Shown here: positions 23,369-25,379 of the stretch, one piece after another
Position numbering within the stretch: position 1 is the first letter of the stretch
Layout of the letters: each line of letters opens with the position of its first letter
From: a virus
Taxonomy: Duplodnaviria > Caudoviricetes
IMG/VR virus record: IMGVR_UViG_3300005764_000079
Coordinates: 1 to 25,379 of that record
Length of the DNA stretch: 25,379 nt
Reading direction: 5' to 3' (one strand)
Program-made: the position numbers and the translations under genes
The notes under the pieces: generated by a model
The model's database searches: none
Told to the model about the DNA's origin: nothing
Seen by the model: only the letters and a program-made list of their open reading frames with translations

Positions 23369-24426
23369 CACTTCCACCCAGGGGTGAGCCACGCGACACC
23401 GCGGGGATCGCGGAGCGCCCAGCTGACCGGCCACCTGACCTTGACCGCCGTGCTGCGAGTCTGGAACAAGCTCCGCTCCGGGCCGGGCGTGGTGCCGACG
23501 GCCCCGGGAGCGGTGTCCATGTAGAGCGTCCCGGCGTTCGCTACCTCGATCGCAGGGGCCGGGTCGACGGCCGCCGCGAGCGCCTGGGGAGCGATCGCCA
23601 TCAGGTCGTTGCCGATCGCGGGAGACATGACCATCCCGATGATGTCGACCTGCTCGGCCCAGCGCATCTGGAGCGAGGCGATCCTCCCGATCGACGACGC
23701 GATGTAGTAAGGACCCTTGCCGCCGACCTGACCGACGCCTCCCATGAGGGTCGAGACGTCCTCGAACGCCCCGCCGAAGGAGTCGGTGTTCGAGCTCGCC
23801 GTGAGGGCGGCGACGCCGTTGCGAACGCCAGCCGGCCTCGCCGAGGACGACGCGTTCGCGTCGAAGAACGCGGCGTCGATCGCGAGTCCTGCGCTCTTCA
23901 CCAGGGTGTCCGTGATCAGGGCCTCAGCGTTCGAACTGTTGATCATCTCTTCGGTGAGGACCGCGATCGAGGCGACCTTGTGAGGAAGGAGCGGCTGGGC
24001 TGCGTCGACGAGCTGCCTGACGGGGATCGGATCACCGTCGGCGACGAAGCCGCCGTTCGCGGCCGAGGCAACGAAGCCGGGGACGGAGATCTGACCGTAA
24101 CCGTCCCACGCCAGCAGCAGCGAGTTCTCCATGATCTCCACCGCCGAGGAGTAGGCCCCAAGGGCGTCCACCGCATCGGCGACCCTGATCTGCGCCAGCT
24201 CCTTCGCCCATCCGGTCACGGCAGTCATGGCCGGGGCGGAGGCCGCCCTGACGATCGTCGAGATCAGCTTGTCGTTCGGCCAGAGGCTCTCGACGACGTC
24301 CTCGACCTTGGCCCTCCGGACGGCGGCGATCGCCCTCGCGGTCAGCAGCCTGGAGCAGGTGTTGCCCGAGGGAAGGTCGATCGTGACCTCTTGTTGCTTG
24401 AAGGACTTCGGAGCGTGCTGGTTCAT
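23368..24426 (-). CDS. Second HK97-fold capsid-like protein lacking the protease domain (352 aa)
   Basis: Start ATG 24426 (ATGA overlap). Colinear with the capsid part of 19243-21375: RAASAPAMTAVTGWAKELAQI, G.PIPVRQ, DANA....RPAG..NGVAA, RSLFQT.S.A, VAW. Confidence 0.9.
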   Translation of the reverse strand: MNQHAPKSFKQQEVTIDLPSGNTCSRLLTARAIAAVRRAKVEDVVESLWPNDKLISTIVRAASAPAMTAVTGWAKELAQIRVADAVDALGAYSSAVEIMENSLLLAWDGYGQISVPGFVASAANGGFVADGDPIPVRQLVDAAQPLLPHKVASIAVLTEEMINSSNAEALITDTLVKSAGLAIDAAFFDANASSSARPAGVRNGVAALTASSNTDSFGGAFEDVSTLMGGVGQVGGKGPYYIASSIGRIASLQMRWAEQVDIIGMVMSPAIGNDLMAIAPQALAAAVDPAPAIEVANAGTLYMDTAPGAVGTTPGPERSLFQTRSTAVKVRWPVSWALRDPRGVAWLTPGWK

Positions 24427-24899
24427 CCTGCTCTCCGCGCGTTTTGATGATTTGGCAACAGCTTCCTGGCGAGTGCCTCGACTCGCCTTCTCAGGGACGG
24501 CTTCCCCTGGCAGAGTTCTTGGACCACGTCGATCAGCTCCTCGAGGTCGTGCTGGCTCCAGTCGAGGCTCTGGAAGCTGTTCTCGGTCCAGTGGTCCCTG
24601 CTGTCGCACGAGAACGTGGCGAAGCCCTTTCCCCTGATCGTCCGCCTCCCCGACCCCAGGAGGGCGAGGTGGTCGGACGGGACCAGCTCGATCTCCCACG
24701 AGGGGTCGAAGAAGATCACCTTGGTGCAGGGGACGCCTCGGTCGAGGTGCCTCGGCGACGGTCCGAACGACTCGATCGAACCGCCTCCGGTGATGATCAC
24801 GCGATTCGAGTCCGCCGATCCGAGCATCGTCGTCCGCGCGCACGGGATGATCGCCCACTCTGCGTCTCCGTGCGCGCACGCCCAGGGGATGATCGGCAT
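24423..24899 (-). CDS. Hypothetical protein resembling a phage fibre beta-domain, with a C-terminal helical/coiled-coil segment (158 aa)
   Basis: GAGGA RBS; TT.LG....N.V.ITG...I.SFG and L.L.G....I.......F..D....W pattern recalled from phage fibre proteins; not verified. Confidence 0.55.
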   Translation of the reverse strand: MPIIPWACAHGDAEWAIIPCARTTMLGSADSNRVIITGGGSIESFGPSPRHLDRGVPCTKVIFFDPSWEIELVPSDHLALLGSGRRTIRGKGFATFSCDSRDHWTENSFQSLDWSQHDLEELIDVVQELCQGKPSLRRRVEALARKLLPNHQNARRAG

Positions 24900-24906
24900 T
24901 CGTTCC

Positions 24907-25197
24907 TCAATTCAACATGGGCGACAGATGTCGGGAGGTCCAGGGGGGTACGGCTGCAAGGGCGGGACCTCCGACTCCCGCGCGAAAGAAGTGCACCATA
25001 GGTGACCCCACCAGCAGGCCGGCGACGCAGATGATGAACACGATCAGACAGACCAGCAGGTAGAGTCGCTGGATGTTCCACGGGATCGGCCACGCGAACG
25101 CCGACGCCACCCACGCGACGACAGCGCCGAGAAGCACCAGGATTGCGACCAGCAAGATGCAGTTGAGCAGACCGATCAGAAGAGCTGCGAGCGACAT
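24907..25197 (-). CDS. Small two-TM membrane protein, holin candidate (96 aa)
   Basis: Two long hydrophobic segments separated by PIPWNIQR; GGAG RBS; directly after a lysin-like gene. Confidence 0.6.
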   Translation of the reverse strand: MSLAALLIGLLNCILLVAILVLLGAVVAWVASAFAWPIPWNIQRLYLLVCLIVFIICVAGLLVGSPMVHFFRAGVGGPALAAVPPWTSRHLSPMLN

Positions 25198-25199
25198 GG

Positions 25200-25379
25200 C
25201 TATTCTCCAGGGTCGGGATAGATGACTTCCACGTCATCGTCCGTCGTGATCCCCAGTGCGTCCATCAGACCAGGTGACAGGTCGGCGGCCCTGCCGGTGT
25301 TCTCGTTTGGACCCCAGTCGGCGGGCCACGCGCTGAACTTCTTTCCCGTCCGCGGAGACCTCACGCTGGCCTTCCTCGA
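25200..25379 (-). CDS. C-terminal end of an RlpA/double-psi beta-barrel-like protein, putative lysin (partial)
   Basis: Not in the ORF track; hand translation SRKASVRSPRTGKKFSAWPADWGPNENTGRAADLSPGLMDALGITTDDDVEVIYPDPGE*. D.GP....GR..DLS......LG matches the RlpA-like motif. Confidence 0.7.
   Translation of the reverse strand, partial: SRKASVRSPRTGKKFSAWPADWGPNENTGRAADLSPGLMDALGITTDDDVEVIYPDPGE

Larger units (their letters stand above)
1..25379 (-). mobile_element. Phage/prophage structural module: HK97-type head plus Mu-like contractile tail (myovirus morphotype); both ends lie outside the window
   Basis: Continuous co-oriented run of capsid, portal, neck, sheath, tube, tape-measure, baseplate and fibre genes with overlapping stop/start codons. 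Free phage versus prophage cannot be decided because no att site, integrase or host gene is present. Confidence 0.95.

Noticed and set aside
188-23524. Many long plus-strand ORFs (e.g. 188-1342, 6016-7458, 12159-13856, 17645-19159, 19120-20664, 22469-23524)
   Set aside because: They are antisense shadows of well-supported minus-strand genes, expected in GC-rich DNA, and show no recognisable motifs.
1-25379. Apparent abundance of TCGA/GATC words and AGG Arg codons as a host or restriction signature
   Set aside because: Impression only; it cannot be quantified by eye and may follow from codon preferences such as ATC/GTC/CTC before GAN codons.

Overview
The whole 25.4-kb window is a GC-rich tailed-phage (or prophage) virion morphogenesis operon read on the minus strand, with most genes translationally coupled (TGATG/ATGA/GTGA overlaps). 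From right to left: 3' end of an RlpA/DPBB-like lysin, a 2-TM holin-like protein, a small fibre-like protein, a stand-alone HK97-fold capsid paralog, a TPR/GT9-like glycosyltransferase, a small protein, a class I SAM methyltransferase, a prohead protease-major capsid fusion, a small protein, HK97-type portal, a collagen-like fibre and head-tail/neck proteins. A Mu-like contractile tail follows: DUF2635, sheath, two tube paralogs, chaperone with a -1 frameshift extension, two tape-measure paralogs, a split Mu gpN-like gene, hub, spike, gp46, baseplate J and the start of a tail fibre. The most unusual feature is that three normally single-copy virion components are each present as two intact paralogs: capsid, tube and tape measure. 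The two tape measures share a colinear ~307-aa N-terminal helical region and a C-terminal motif but carry different enzyme-like cargo (M15 peptidase plus alpha/beta-hydrolase versus SleB-like hydrolase). A glycosyltransferase/methyltransferase pair sits between the two capsid genes. All family calls come from motifs read by eye; no database search was run. No terminase, integrase, att site, tRNA, rRNA or CRISPR array was seen.
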